A DNA stretch of 64,000 nt, taken from the NCBI GenBank assembly GCA_965248755.1, contig OZ252149.1, positions 3,991,540 to 4,055,539 on the forward strand. Direction: 5' to 3'. The notes under the pieces are model-generated. The model did not search any database. It was not told the origin of the DNA and saw only the letters and a program-made list of their open reading frames with translations. A program made the position numbers and the translations under genes. Source of the stretch: Candidatus Latescibacterota bacterium. Its GTDB lineage: Bacteria > Latescibacterota > CBDEFO01. Positions within the stretch are counted from its first letter, which is position 1, and each line of letters opens with the position of its first letter. Of this stretch, positions 51,102 to 59,771 are shown piece by piece.

Positions 51102-51172
51102 TAGACAGTAGACAGCAGGCAGTAGACAGGGCACCCCACCTATCCCTGTATGCTGTCTACTGTTTGCTGTCT
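51096..51172. repeat. CAGTAGA-type heptamer tract followed by an inverted tract (hairpin)
   Basis: GTAGACAGTAGACAGCAGGCAGTAGACAGGG ... TGCTGTCTACTGTTTGCTGTCT. Confidence 0.65.
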
Positions 51173-51197
51173 CCCTATTTAGTGGAGTGTCGAAGCG

Positions 51198-52364
51198 TTG
51201 GAATTGGTGTTCCTTCTTTCCCTTGCGACTGTCGTCTACGTATATCTTGGTTATCCTTTCGCACTGGTGGTTATAAGAGCCGTAAAGGGGAAGAAGCCCC
51301 CGATTGAATCTATCGGGGGTAAAAAGCGTGATGTTACTCCCTCGGTATCTTTAGTTATCTCTGCCCATAATGAACAAGAGGTTATTGGGAAGAAGATTGA
51401 AAATAGCCTCCTTTTAGACTATCCACGGGATAAATTGGAGATTGTGGTGGCTTCGGACTGTTCCTCTGATAGAACGAATGAGATCGTCCGAAGCTATTCG
51501 GATCAAGGGATAATTCTGAATATTATTCCTCAAAGAGGGGGCAAAACTGTAGCCCAAAACGAGACTGTTCCTCTGACCAAGGGCGAAATCGTTATCTTCT
51601 CAGACGCCGATTCGATCTTTGAGAGGGATGTCATCTTAAGGCTCGCAACAAATTTCAGCGATCCAGAGGTAGGTGCCGTCTCGGGTCGGCTCTTCTATAC
51701 CAATTCAAACGAATCGGCGATGAGTTCAGGAGAGAGCCTCTACTGGAAGTACGAAAATTTGCTGAGGCAGTTGGAAAGCGATATAGGATCGTGCATCATG
51801 GCAAATGCAGCGATCTTTGCTATACGGCGTGAGTTTTACAGGCATCTCGACCCGGGGTTTTCAGAGGATTTTGTGCTCCCTCTCTGGATATCTGCCGATG
51901 GTGCAAAGTCCCTGTTCGATCCGGAGGCCGTGTGTTTTGAAAGGACGGCTGTTACCCCAAAGGACGAGTCGTCCATGAGGATCAGGACCGCTCATGGGGA
52001 TTCCTACGGTCTTTTCAAGTTGAAGTGCATGTTGTCACCATTTCGACCCCTTTTGGCTTTTCAATCTATTTCCCATAAACTCCTGCGCTGGGCTGTGGGA
52101 TTCTTTCTGATCTTGGCTTTCATCTCGAACGCCTTACTTCTTCACTCTTCCCCTTTGCTTCTTTATAAAATTACCTTTCTTTTGCAGTCGGCATTCTACC
52201 TGGCGGCTCTTGCCGGACTGATTCTGAACAGAAAGGGCAAAAACATGCGCCTGTTCTACCTGCCCTATTATTTCTGCGTGGTCAATATAGCCGTGTTGAT
52301 AGGCTTGATGAAAAGCATTCTGGGAGTACCGTACGTGACTATATGGGAACAGAGATTAAGGTAG
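51198..52364 (+). CDS. Membrane-anchored GT2 glycosyltransferase
   Basis: YVYLGYP TM, SAHNE, SDCSSDRT, FSDAD, YWKYE, EDF, SHKLLRW. Confidence 0.9.
   Translation: MELVFLLSLATVVYVYLGYPFALVVIRAVKGKKPPIESIGGKKRDVTPSVSLVISAHNEQEVIGKKIENSLLLDYPRDKLEIVVASDCSSDRTNEIVRSYSDQGIILNIIPQRGGKTVAQNETVPLTKGEIVIFSDADSIFERDVILRLATNFSDPEVGAVSGRLFYTNSNESAMSSGESLYWKYENLLRQLESDIGSCIMANAAIFAIRREFYRHLDPGFSEDFVLPLWISADGAKSLFDPEAVCFERTAVTPKDESSMRIRTAHGDSYGLFKLKCMLSPFRPLLAFQSISHKLLRWAVGFFLILAFISNALLLHSSPLLLYKITFLLQSAFYLAALAGLILNRKGKNMRLFYLPYYFCVVNIAVLIGLMKSILGVPYVTIWEQRLR
51298..51318. repeat. 21-bp palindromic element, copy D (in frame in GT2)
   Basis: CCCCGATTGAATCTATCGGGG. Confidence 0.85.
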
Positions 52365-52373
52365 GAGCTACAA

Positions 52374-53198
52374 ATGCGTCTCAAGGATAAGGTAGCTATC
52401 GTAACAGGAGGAGGCAGAGGGATCGGCAGCAGCATCTGTCTTGCCTTTGCGAGGGAAGGGGCAGACATCGTTGTGGCCGCCCGCACAAGCGAGGAGATCC
52501 AGGGAATATCGGCTGAACTTGAGAGGCTGGGAGGACAAGCTCTTGCCCTGAAGACGGACGTATCTCAGAGGGAAGATGTGCGAAATATGGTGGATCGGAC
52601 GATCCGAGAATTCGGGAAAGTGGATATATTGGTCAACAACGCAGGAGTCCAAGGACCCATCGGGGCTACGGTAGACACAGATATAGACTGTTGGATTGAA
52701 ACTGTAAAGATCAATCTCATCGGATCGTATCTATGTTCCAAAGGTGTTCTACCATATATGATAAAGCAGAAAAGGGGAAAGATTATAAACCTTTCAGGAG
52801 GTGGGTCTGTATCTCCAAGACCCTTTTTTTCGGCATACGGCGTGTCCAAAGCTGCGCTTGTGCGATTTACTGAGACTTTGGCGGAAGAAGTTAAAGAGTT
52901 TAACATAGACGTAAACGCCATAGCGCCGGGAGCCATAAATACCCGGATGCTCGATGAGGTACTGGAAGCAGGAGAGTCTGCTGGAGAGAAAGCTCTTGCT
53001 CAGGCACGAAGGCAGAAGGAAAACGGGGGTGTTCCGCTGGAAAGACCGGCGGCCTTAGCCCTATTTTTAGCCTCAGATGAGTCAAACGGTCTGACTGGCA
53101 GGTTAATAAGCAGCGTCTATGACGATTGGGAGTCTATGAATATAGCCCAGGTTATGTCGTCCGAACTTTATACAGTGCGCAGGATCGATCGGATATGA
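52374..53198 (+). CDS. Short-chain dehydrogenase/reductase
   Basis: TGGGRGIG, NNAG, NLSGGG, YGVSK, VNAIAPG. Confidence 0.92.
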   Translation: MRLKDKVAIVTGGGRGIGSSICLAFAREGADIVVAARTSEEIQGISAELERLGGQALALKTDVSQREDVRNMVDRTIREFGKVDILVNNAGVQGPIGATVDTDIDCWIETVKINLIGSYLCSKGVLPYMIKQKRGKIINLSGGGSVSPRPFFSAYGVSKAALVRFTETLAEEVKEFNIDVNAIAPGAINTRMLDEVLEAGESAGEKALAQARRQKENGGVPLERPAALALFLASDESNGLTGRLISSVYDDWESMNIAQVMSSELYTVRRIDRI

Positions 53199-54199
53199 AA
53201 ATAGGTTTAGTAGGCGCGGGCGCTATAGGACAAAGAAGAGCCGAGGTGGTTGGGGAGGATGAATCTACAGAGATGGAAATCGTAGCTGATGTAGACGAGG
53301 AGAGGGCAAGGGAACTGGCCCAAAGGATACGATGCAGATGGACGACCGATCCCTCAGAGGTGGTAAACTGCGATGATGTGGATGCGGTGATTGTATCTGC
53401 CACGCCCAAATTTCTTTCTTTAATAAGTATAGCGGCTATGGAAAATGGTAAGCATGTCCTCTGTGAAAAGCCTCTGGGGAGGAACTCGAAGGAAGTCAAA
53501 GAGATGTGGGACGCAGCCTGTACAAACGGTGTGAGGCTCAAATCGGGCTTCAATCACCGCCATCATCCGGGGATACTTAAGGCCCGAGAATTGTTCGAGA
53601 TGGGCGTTATCGGGGAGTTGAATTTTGTCCGCTGTCGCTACGGACACGGAGGCAGACCGGGCTATGAGAGGGAATGGAGGGCAGACCCACAGATATCCGG
53701 AGGAGGCGAGTTGATAGATCAGGGGGTGCACGCTTTAGATCTCTTCCGCTGGTTCATGGGGGAATTCAGTCAGGTCGTGGGATTTGTAAGCACCAGATTC
53801 TGGGACATCAGTCCCTTAGAGGACAACGCCTTTGCCCTCCTCAAGACGGATAAAGATCAGATAGCTTCTCTTCATGCGAGTTGGACCCAGTGGAAGAATA
53901 TCTTTTCGTTTGAGATCTTTGGCCAGGACGGATACGTCATAGTAGACGGTTTAGGAGGTAACTACGGTGCAGAGAAAGTAACGTTGGGTATAAGGTCCAA
54001 GTCCTCCGATCCACCAAAAGAGGAGGTCTTGGAGTTTCCAGGGTCGGACAGATCGTTCAGCTTGGAGTGGGAGGAGTTTGTGACGGCCATAAGGGATGAT
54101 CGACGGATGTTAGCTGACGGATATGATGGTTGGCAGACTATGCGGCTGGTGGATGCTGTATATGAGTCTGCAGAAAAAGGATGTGTCGTGGAGTTGTAG
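53195..54199 (+). CDS. Gfo/Idh/MocA-family oxidoreductase
   Basis: IGLVGAGAIG, HVLCEKP, GFNHR, GGGELIDQGVH, EDNA; ATGA overlap with the SDR stop. Confidence 0.92.
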   Translation: MKIGLVGAGAIGQRRAEVVGEDESTEMEIVADVDEERARELAQRIRCRWTTDPSEVVNCDDVDAVIVSATPKFLSLISIAAMENGKHVLCEKPLGRNSKEVKEMWDAACTNGVRLKSGFNHRHHPGILKARELFEMGVIGELNFVRCRYGHGGRPGYEREWRADPQISGGGELIDQGVHALDLFRWFMGEFSQVVGFVSTRFWDISPLEDNAFALLKTDKDQIASLHASWTQWKNIFSFEIFGQDGYVIVDGLGGNYGAEKVTLGIRSKSSDPPKEEVLEFPGSDRSFSLEWEEFVTAIRDDRRMLADGYDGWQTMRLVDAVYESAEKGCVVEL

Positions 54200-54375
54200 A
54201 CAATATGTGTTGGTTGGCTCTTGCCTTGAGTTGTTGAGAGGCGGCGCGGCCGCTTTGCTGGGGATCCAGCAAAGCACGATGTGGGCAAAGCAATATCAAC
54301 TTTTGTCGTTGAGTTTGCTTGGGGGTTTGTGCCCGATTAGATCGGGGGTCACAATGGCCATGAAAATCGAAAGGT

Positions 54376-55386
54376 ATGTTGAAAATGGAGTGGGTAGTAT
54401 GTAATCTCTGCGGGAACGACGATGCGAGGGCGGTATTTCAGGAGTGGGGGTTGAATAACGTAAAGTGTCGCAAGTGTGGATTGGTCTATGTGAATCCCAG
54501 ACTCAGCCAGGAAGAACTCGACAACTTCTACCAGGGGGAGTTCTACAGCAAAGGCAAAGCAAGCCCGGAGGAAATGGAGGAAGTGTTCCCGGATTCGGAA
54601 AGGTTCGGCGTAGATAGAGAGGAATTAGCCTCTCAACTGGTGAGAATCTATACGACTTGTAAGCACGACCAAGAGAAGCGCACAGACGTTGATCTCCTTA
54701 AGATGCACGAGTTTGCGAAAATGCGAATGCTGTTAAACGAAATAAGTAGATACCGCCCGCGGGGCAGGTTCTTGGACATAGGGTGCGGCTATGGATACCT
54801 CTTGAAGTTCGCTAAAGAAGAATATGGATATGAAACTTACGGGATCGAGCCTAACAAACAGTTGGTAGAGACGTGCAGGGAGTCCAGGGGTTTGCCGAAT
54901 ATCTTCCACGGTACTCTGGATGAAGCCGATTACGGGAGCGGATACTTTGACGTTGTGACTATAACGGATGTGCTGGAACATCTTCCTGATCCCACAGAAG
55001 CGTTGAGTGAAATCAACAGACTATTGGTTCCGGGGGGAGTGCTCTTGATCAAAGTGCCCAACGCCGATTATCAGCTTCTAAAAGCGGATTTGATAACTAA
55101 GCTGAGACTGCGAAAGAAGATGGAATCGATTATAGCGTATTCAGGTCTTTTGATGCCGCAAGAGCATATCTACAATTACTCCCAGAGGACCTTGCGGAAA
55201 TATCTGAGAAAGGCCGGATTTGAGCAGTTAAAGCTGATTGTCCTTCCGAGCCGACTTACGGGTTTAAGTTGGATACGGGATTCTTTCCATAGACTCTACC
55301 ACATGTTTGCTAGGCTTCTTTACCGTCTCAGCTTCGGCAGGCTCAATCTCTGCGTCTGGCTGGTTATGCTGGCCCAGAAGAAGTAG
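54376..55386 (+). CDS. Class I SAM methyltransferase with N-terminal Zn-type Cys motifs
   Basis: CNLCG..CRKCGLVYVNP, FLDIGCGYG, DVLEHL, PGG..VPN, EHIY. Confidence 0.88.
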   Translation: MLKMEWVVCNLCGNDDARAVFQEWGLNNVKCRKCGLVYVNPRLSQEELDNFYQGEFYSKGKASPEEMEEVFPDSERFGVDREELASQLVRIYTTCKHDQEKRTDVDLLKMHEFAKMRMLLNEISRYRPRGRFLDIGCGYGYLLKFAKEEYGYETYGIEPNKQLVETCRESRGLPNIFHGTLDEADYGSGYFDVVTITDVLEHLPDPTEALSEINRLLVPGGVLLIKVPNADYQLLKADLITKLRLRKKMESIIAYSGLLMPQEHIYNYSQRTLRKYLRKAGFEQLKLIVLPSRLTGLSWIRDSFHRLYHMFARLLYRLSFGRLNLCVWLVMLAQKK

Positions 55387-55450
55387 AGCCCCTCTGAAAT
55401 ATCTCGCTTCACCAACACAATCTGTCTCGTCTGAAAGCTCACTGCTTACT

Positions 55451-57883
55451 ATGGTAAGATACGCCCTCTATTATGTTGTTGGCGTTTTGACTTTACCGCT
55501 TGGGATCTCCGAAGGAGTTGCCAAAAACGTTCCTGCAATGGAGTCAAAAGGTTCTGTGCCTAGCTTAGTCCAGAACGGGGACTGCGAGTTGGACAGTGAC
55601 GCCGATGGTGTCCCCGACGACTGGCATCATTCGGACCGAAAGTACAGTCCTAAAACGCCTGAGGGTCGGTTCTATCTGAACATGATCAATAATTCGGCGG
55701 ATTACAGGTGGGAGGAGAGAGGATATAGAAGCAATAGGTGTCTGTCGTTGGAGGTTAAATCAAAGATCTATTGGGGAGAATGGGACATAGAGGTGTCCGG
55801 CATTAAGCCTCATACCGACTATACACTTTCGTTCTGGTACTATCAGCCTGAGCGCTTCGGACTTCAGGTTTTGATCTTCGGACGGGACATCTACGTCAAG
55901 AGGGCGAGGGATTTTCGCCAGTGGATGTACTATAGTACTGTCGTAAATTCTGGGGATTATTCCGGCGATTCGGTGATCGGATTTTTAGTTGAATATCCCA
56001 GGCAAAAGACAAAGGTGTTCATAGATAATGTGGAACTTTACAAAGGGACGATAGAGCGTCCTGATGACAGGTGGAACTTTGGGAGCTTCATAGGTCGAAA
56101 TGAGGCGAGGCTCACCTATTTCACATATGACAGAGGTTATATCTCCCCCGATATAGTGGCCCCCCTTTCCTTCGGATTGAGCTTCCGCTTTCTGGATCGA
56201 ATGCCTCCCTCATTAACGGTAAATTTGCATCTGCCGTTGGAAGTGGAAGTTGTCGGATACGGAGCAAAATATTGGTCGAGCATCAAGGATTGGACCCGTC
56301 TGGAAAGGACTCCCATAGATCGGGACGGAAAGCCTTATACAAGATATTCCATAATCTATCCTGTAAACCGAAACGTCTTTACTCATCCGACGCATCCGGG
56401 CTTAAAGCCGATTGTATGGTATCTTGAGACGAACCTTGAGGAGGGAGAAATTGACGCCTACTTTTCTCTCGAGTGGGATGGGGGCAGGCAAAAGGAGCAG
56501 CGACTGCCTTTGAGGATAATCAGGATCCCGAAAGCACCTCCTTTAAAGAGGCTCAGGATCATGGAGGATATATCGCCGGAGAATCTTTCGGATTGGCCTA
56601 AACTGCTGACGTCTTTAAAGACTATAGGCGTGAATCTGGTGATGTATAATCCGCGCTGGACTCAAAGTTCTACCTCTTTCAATCGAATAAAAGGGGACGT
56701 GGAGAGGATTAAAGGAGCCGGATTTGGGGTCGGCACTTGGTTCAATCTTGGGAGTGCGTACAGTTCGGACAGAGATTCGTGGGCTGTCAGTTTAGATGGA
56801 GAGCCGATTTCTCCCGATAAGGCACCTACGTGTTTCACAGATAGAGGTCTGGCTTTCAAAGAGGCATTGAGAATAGGCGAAAAGATGGTCGATTCTGGGA
56901 TACGGTTTATCTTCATGGACGATGAGGGAACACCGTCGTGCTTCTGCAATGCGTGTGTGGCAAGCTTCAAAGAGTACATGACCGAAATGGACATTGAATA
57001 CGTAGAGCCCGTAAGTTTTGAAAGAAAGCCGAAGGATCATCCGGATCTGCACAGATTGTGGATGGATTTCGGAAGGTGGTCCTATGCCCGGGCTGTGAGA
57101 GATTTCCGTCTGGAGCTTTCGAATTACATGGACGCCAGAGGTATCCTGGACAAACATTTGGAGATTCTGGACGGCGGGATGGCTATCCTTCCGTACGGTA
57201 GCATCAAGGACGGGAATTTGTCGCATCCATCCAGCGATTCCAAGGTTGTAAACAGCTTTGGAGAGGCCTTTGATTTCTACGGCGAGCAGTTGTATATAAA
57301 TTGCTACGATGCGTGGCTTAACGGATCTCCGAAGATGGCCGGAGACAGGCAGTCCATCCTTACTTCGGTCTTTAGGGCCATCAGCCAGTTTCCCCTTGCG
57401 AGCGCGGGCCTTACGTATATGGATGCGATGAACGATTTTCAGCCGCATAAGTTGATGAAGTATCAGCTTATGGAGATCCTGTCCGCCGGCGTGCAGGGGA
57501 TCTATGTCTATCCGTTTATGGACGTAGACCCCATGGATATGATGTATATAGCCCAGGTTGTGAGTGGAATCGCCCCCGTGGAAGATATTGTATTCAACGG
57601 ACTTCCGGAAAATATAGCGGATGTTTCGGATAGGAGTGTAAGTGCGCGCTCTCTTTTGTGGGGCGATGAGGCGTTAGTTTTGGTTTCCGATTACAGCACT
57701 ATGGATGACACAGAAAAAGAAGTCACAGTCGTATGCCGCATGCACAGCAGGTCTAATATAATAGATCTGGAAAGTGGGGATAAGATTTTGCCACTTTCTA
57801 CCAGTCCTCTGACATTCAAGGTCTTCCTGGGCAAAGAACGAGCCAGGATGTTCTATGTGGGACCAAGAGAATTGCTGAGATAG
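55451..57883 (+). CDS. Large exported protein: CBM-like domain plus putative glycoside-hydrolase-like barrel
   Basis: Signal-like N-terminus, LVQNGDCE..DGVPDDW, KPHTDYTLSFW, FIDNVEL, MDDEG, CFCNAC; start uncertain. Confidence 0.55.
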   Translation: MVRYALYYVVGVLTLPLGISEGVAKNVPAMESKGSVPSLVQNGDCELDSDADGVPDDWHHSDRKYSPKTPEGRFYLNMINNSADYRWEERGYRSNRCLSLEVKSKIYWGEWDIEVSGIKPHTDYTLSFWYYQPERFGLQVLIFGRDIYVKRARDFRQWMYYSTVVNSGDYSGDSVIGFLVEYPRQKTKVFIDNVELYKGTIERPDDRWNFGSFIGRNEARLTYFTYDRGYISPDIVAPLSFGLSFRFLDRMPPSLTVNLHLPLEVEVVGYGAKYWSSIKDWTRLERTPIDRDGKPYTRYSIIYPVNRNVFTHPTHPGLKPIVWYLETNLEEGEIDAYFSLEWDGGRQKEQRLPLRIIRIPKAPPLKRLRIMEDISPENLSDWPKLLTSLKTIGVNLVMYNPRWTQSSTSFNRIKGDVERIKGAGFGVGTWFNLGSAYSSDRDSWAVSLDGEPISPDKAPTCFTDRGLAFKEALRIGEKMVDSGIRFIFMDDEGTPSCFCNACVASFKEYMTEMDIEYVEPVSFERKPKDHPDLHRLWMDFGRWSYARAVRDFRLELSNYMDARGILDKHLEILDGGMAILPYGSIKDGNLSHPSSDSKVVNSFGEAFDFYGEQLYINCYDAWLNGSPKMAGDRQSILTSVFRAISQFPLASAGLTYMDAMNDFQPHKLMKYQLMEILSAGVQGIYVYPFMDVDPMDMMYIAQVVSGIAPVEDIVFNGLPENIADVSDRSVSARSLLWGDEALVLVSDYSTMDDTEKEVTVVCRMHSRSNIIDLESGDKILPLSTSPLTFKVFLGKERARMFYVGPRELLR

Positions 57884-58166
57884 CAAACACTCTGATTTGG
57901 AAACGTAAAGTTCAAGTTCTGAGAAGAGATAACAATTTGCCCGAACGTACGTATTCGTAGTGATGACCACTTAGTCGCTCGTGCCTCCACTCTCTGATAA
58001 TACACGCTGTGCCGCGGTACCCTGCCCCAGGGGTGGCATAGCCCTGCCCTCTACGTTTAATTCAAGTTGCCTATTTCAAGGCCTCGTAGGTTGAACCCAT
58101 GTGGCAGTGGGGAGGGAGGTGTGGAGGAAGCCACGACGTTCCTGAAGAACTCTTTGGGGAAAACAG

Positions 58167-59462
58167 ATGTGGATACTATACGATCTCATCTTTCTTCTTG
58201 TTTTGATCTTAGCCCTGCCATATATCCTGCTGCTGGCGCTTTTAGGTCGAGAGAGGATGGCAGAAAGGTTGGGGCTAAAGTTGCCAACCGATATAGATGG
58301 GTTGTCCGATAAGAAGCTTATATGGGTACACGCGGCGTCTGTGGGCGAAATATCGGCGGCAGCCGCACTTGTAAGTGAGATAAAGAAGGTTCGCCCCGAA
58401 TTGTACGTCGTAGTCTCTACGACTACGACGACGGGTCTTTATAGGGCAAAAGAGATAGTGTATGGGGGAGACCTTTTCATGGTCGCCCCTTTTGACTTTT
58501 CCCCCATAGTCAAGCGTGTCATATACAGGTTAAGGCCAATGGCTCTGGTCATTATAGAGACTGAGATATGGCCCAATTTGATAAGGGCAGCTAAAAGGAG
58601 AGGATCCCAGGTCGCTATAGTTAGCGGAAGGTTGTCCCAGAAAGGGTTCTTGCGGTACAGGATAGCCAGAGGATGGTTTTCAAAGATACTGGTTTTGATA
58701 GACGTAGTCTGCGTTCAGTCGGAAGGGGACAAGGACAGATTCACCGCTCTGGGCGCGGATAAAAAGAGGATCAAGCTTACGGGCAATCTGAAGATAGATA
58801 GCCTGAAAGTAACATCAGATGCGAGAGGAAAAAAGTGTATCAGGAAGGATTTCGGGCTATTGGAAGATGGCAAAGTGTTGATAGCTGGCAGCACGAGACA
58901 GGGGGAGGAAGATATTATAGTGCGGGTCTTTGAGAAACTTTGCCGCCGATTCGGCGATCTGTCCTTGATAATTGCTCCTCGCCATCTGGATAGGTTGAAA
59001 GAAGTTGAAGAAATAGTTCAAACATACAACCTTCCCTACCTAAAATGGAGCGACGTGGTGCGGTCACTCCGTGTTGAGGGAAGTAACTCTCAGGTGAAAT
59101 ATAGCGTTATAATTCTAGATACAGTGGGAGAGCTTGCGTCCGTGTACCGGTTGGCGGATGTGGCATTTGTAGGAGGAAGTCTGATGCCACTTGGGGGGCA
59201 TAACCCGTTAGAGCCAGCGGCTGTGGGAGTTCCTACCATATTCGGGAAGTACATGGATCAGGAGGGAGCATATATGCTCCTTGAAAGCGGAGCAGCGCTT
59301 AAGGTGGAGGATGAAGATGAACTCCTGATAGCCTTGGAGCGTCTCTTCGAGGATGAGGAAGAGCGGGGAAGGATGGGAGGAGCCGGGATAGATGCTATTT
59401 CAAAAGCTCAGGGCGTCGCCCCAAGGACAGTGGAACTTTTAGTGGCAAGAGGGATAATATGA
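58167..59462 (+). CDS. waaA: 3-deoxy-D-manno-octulosonic acid (Kdo) transferase
   Basis: IWVHAASVGE, TTTTTG, PFD, ETEIWPN, GNLK.D, AGST, APRH, GGHNPLEPA. Confidence 0.95.
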   Translation: MWILYDLIFLLVLILALPYILLLALLGRERMAERLGLKLPTDIDGLSDKKLIWVHAASVGEISAAAALVSEIKKVRPELYVVVSTTTTTGLYRAKEIVYGGDLFMVAPFDFSPIVKRVIYRLRPMALVIIETEIWPNLIRAAKRRGSQVAIVSGRLSQKGFLRYRIARGWFSKILVLIDVVCVQSEGDKDRFTALGADKKRIKLTGNLKIDSLKVTSDARGKKCIRKDFGLLEDGKVLIAGSTRQGEEDIIVRVFEKLCRRFGDLSLIIAPRHLDRLKEVEEIVQTYNLPYLKWSDVVRSLRVEGSNSQVKYSVIILDTVGELASVYRLADVAFVGGSLMPLGGHNPLEPAAVGVPTIFGKYMDQEGAYMLLESGAALKVEDEDELLIALERLFEDEEERGRMGGAGIDAISKAQGVAPRTVELLVARGII

Positions 59463-59524
59463 CACGGATGCGTTATTTATCTTTTGGGGATCCCGCTGGG
59501 ATCGAAGTGATGTTAAAGTTTCAT

Positions 59525-59749
59525 TTAGAACTGCCTCTTAGCGTCTTCTAAAGTGGTCTTTTGTGGTTCTCTATGGATCCAGTTGGAATTAGAGTCTCGC
59601 TTCAGTTTCAAGGGATCGGAAAAGTATCTCATAACCAGTCCAATAGGGGTTGCGAAGATGAAGTAAATAAGGGTGAGTATAACTCTCGCCTGGAAATTTC
59701 CTATTTTCTCTGCGATTATCTTCCATCTTTGCCAGAGTTTCTTAAGCAT
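59525..59749 (-). CDS. SxtJ-like small membrane protein
   Basis: W..IAEKIGNFQARVILTLIYFIFATPIGLVMR..DPLKL..S.W..RQF. Confidence 0.75.
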   Translation of the reverse strand: MLKKLWQRWKIIAEKIGNFQARVILTLIYFIFATPIGLVMRYFSDPLKLKRDSNSNWIHREPQKTTLEDAKRQF

Positions 59750-59771
59750 CTTTAACCCTTCTTGTTTTAAG

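Noticed and set aside
12944-51318. Palindromic repeats as a CRISPR array
   Set aside because: The copies are dispersed kilobases apart, with no regular spacers and no cas genes.
54123-54404. Short track ORFs such as 54123-54404, 58067-58312 and 60469-61035
   Set aside because: They overlap well-supported genes or lack motifs and an RBS; likely spurious.
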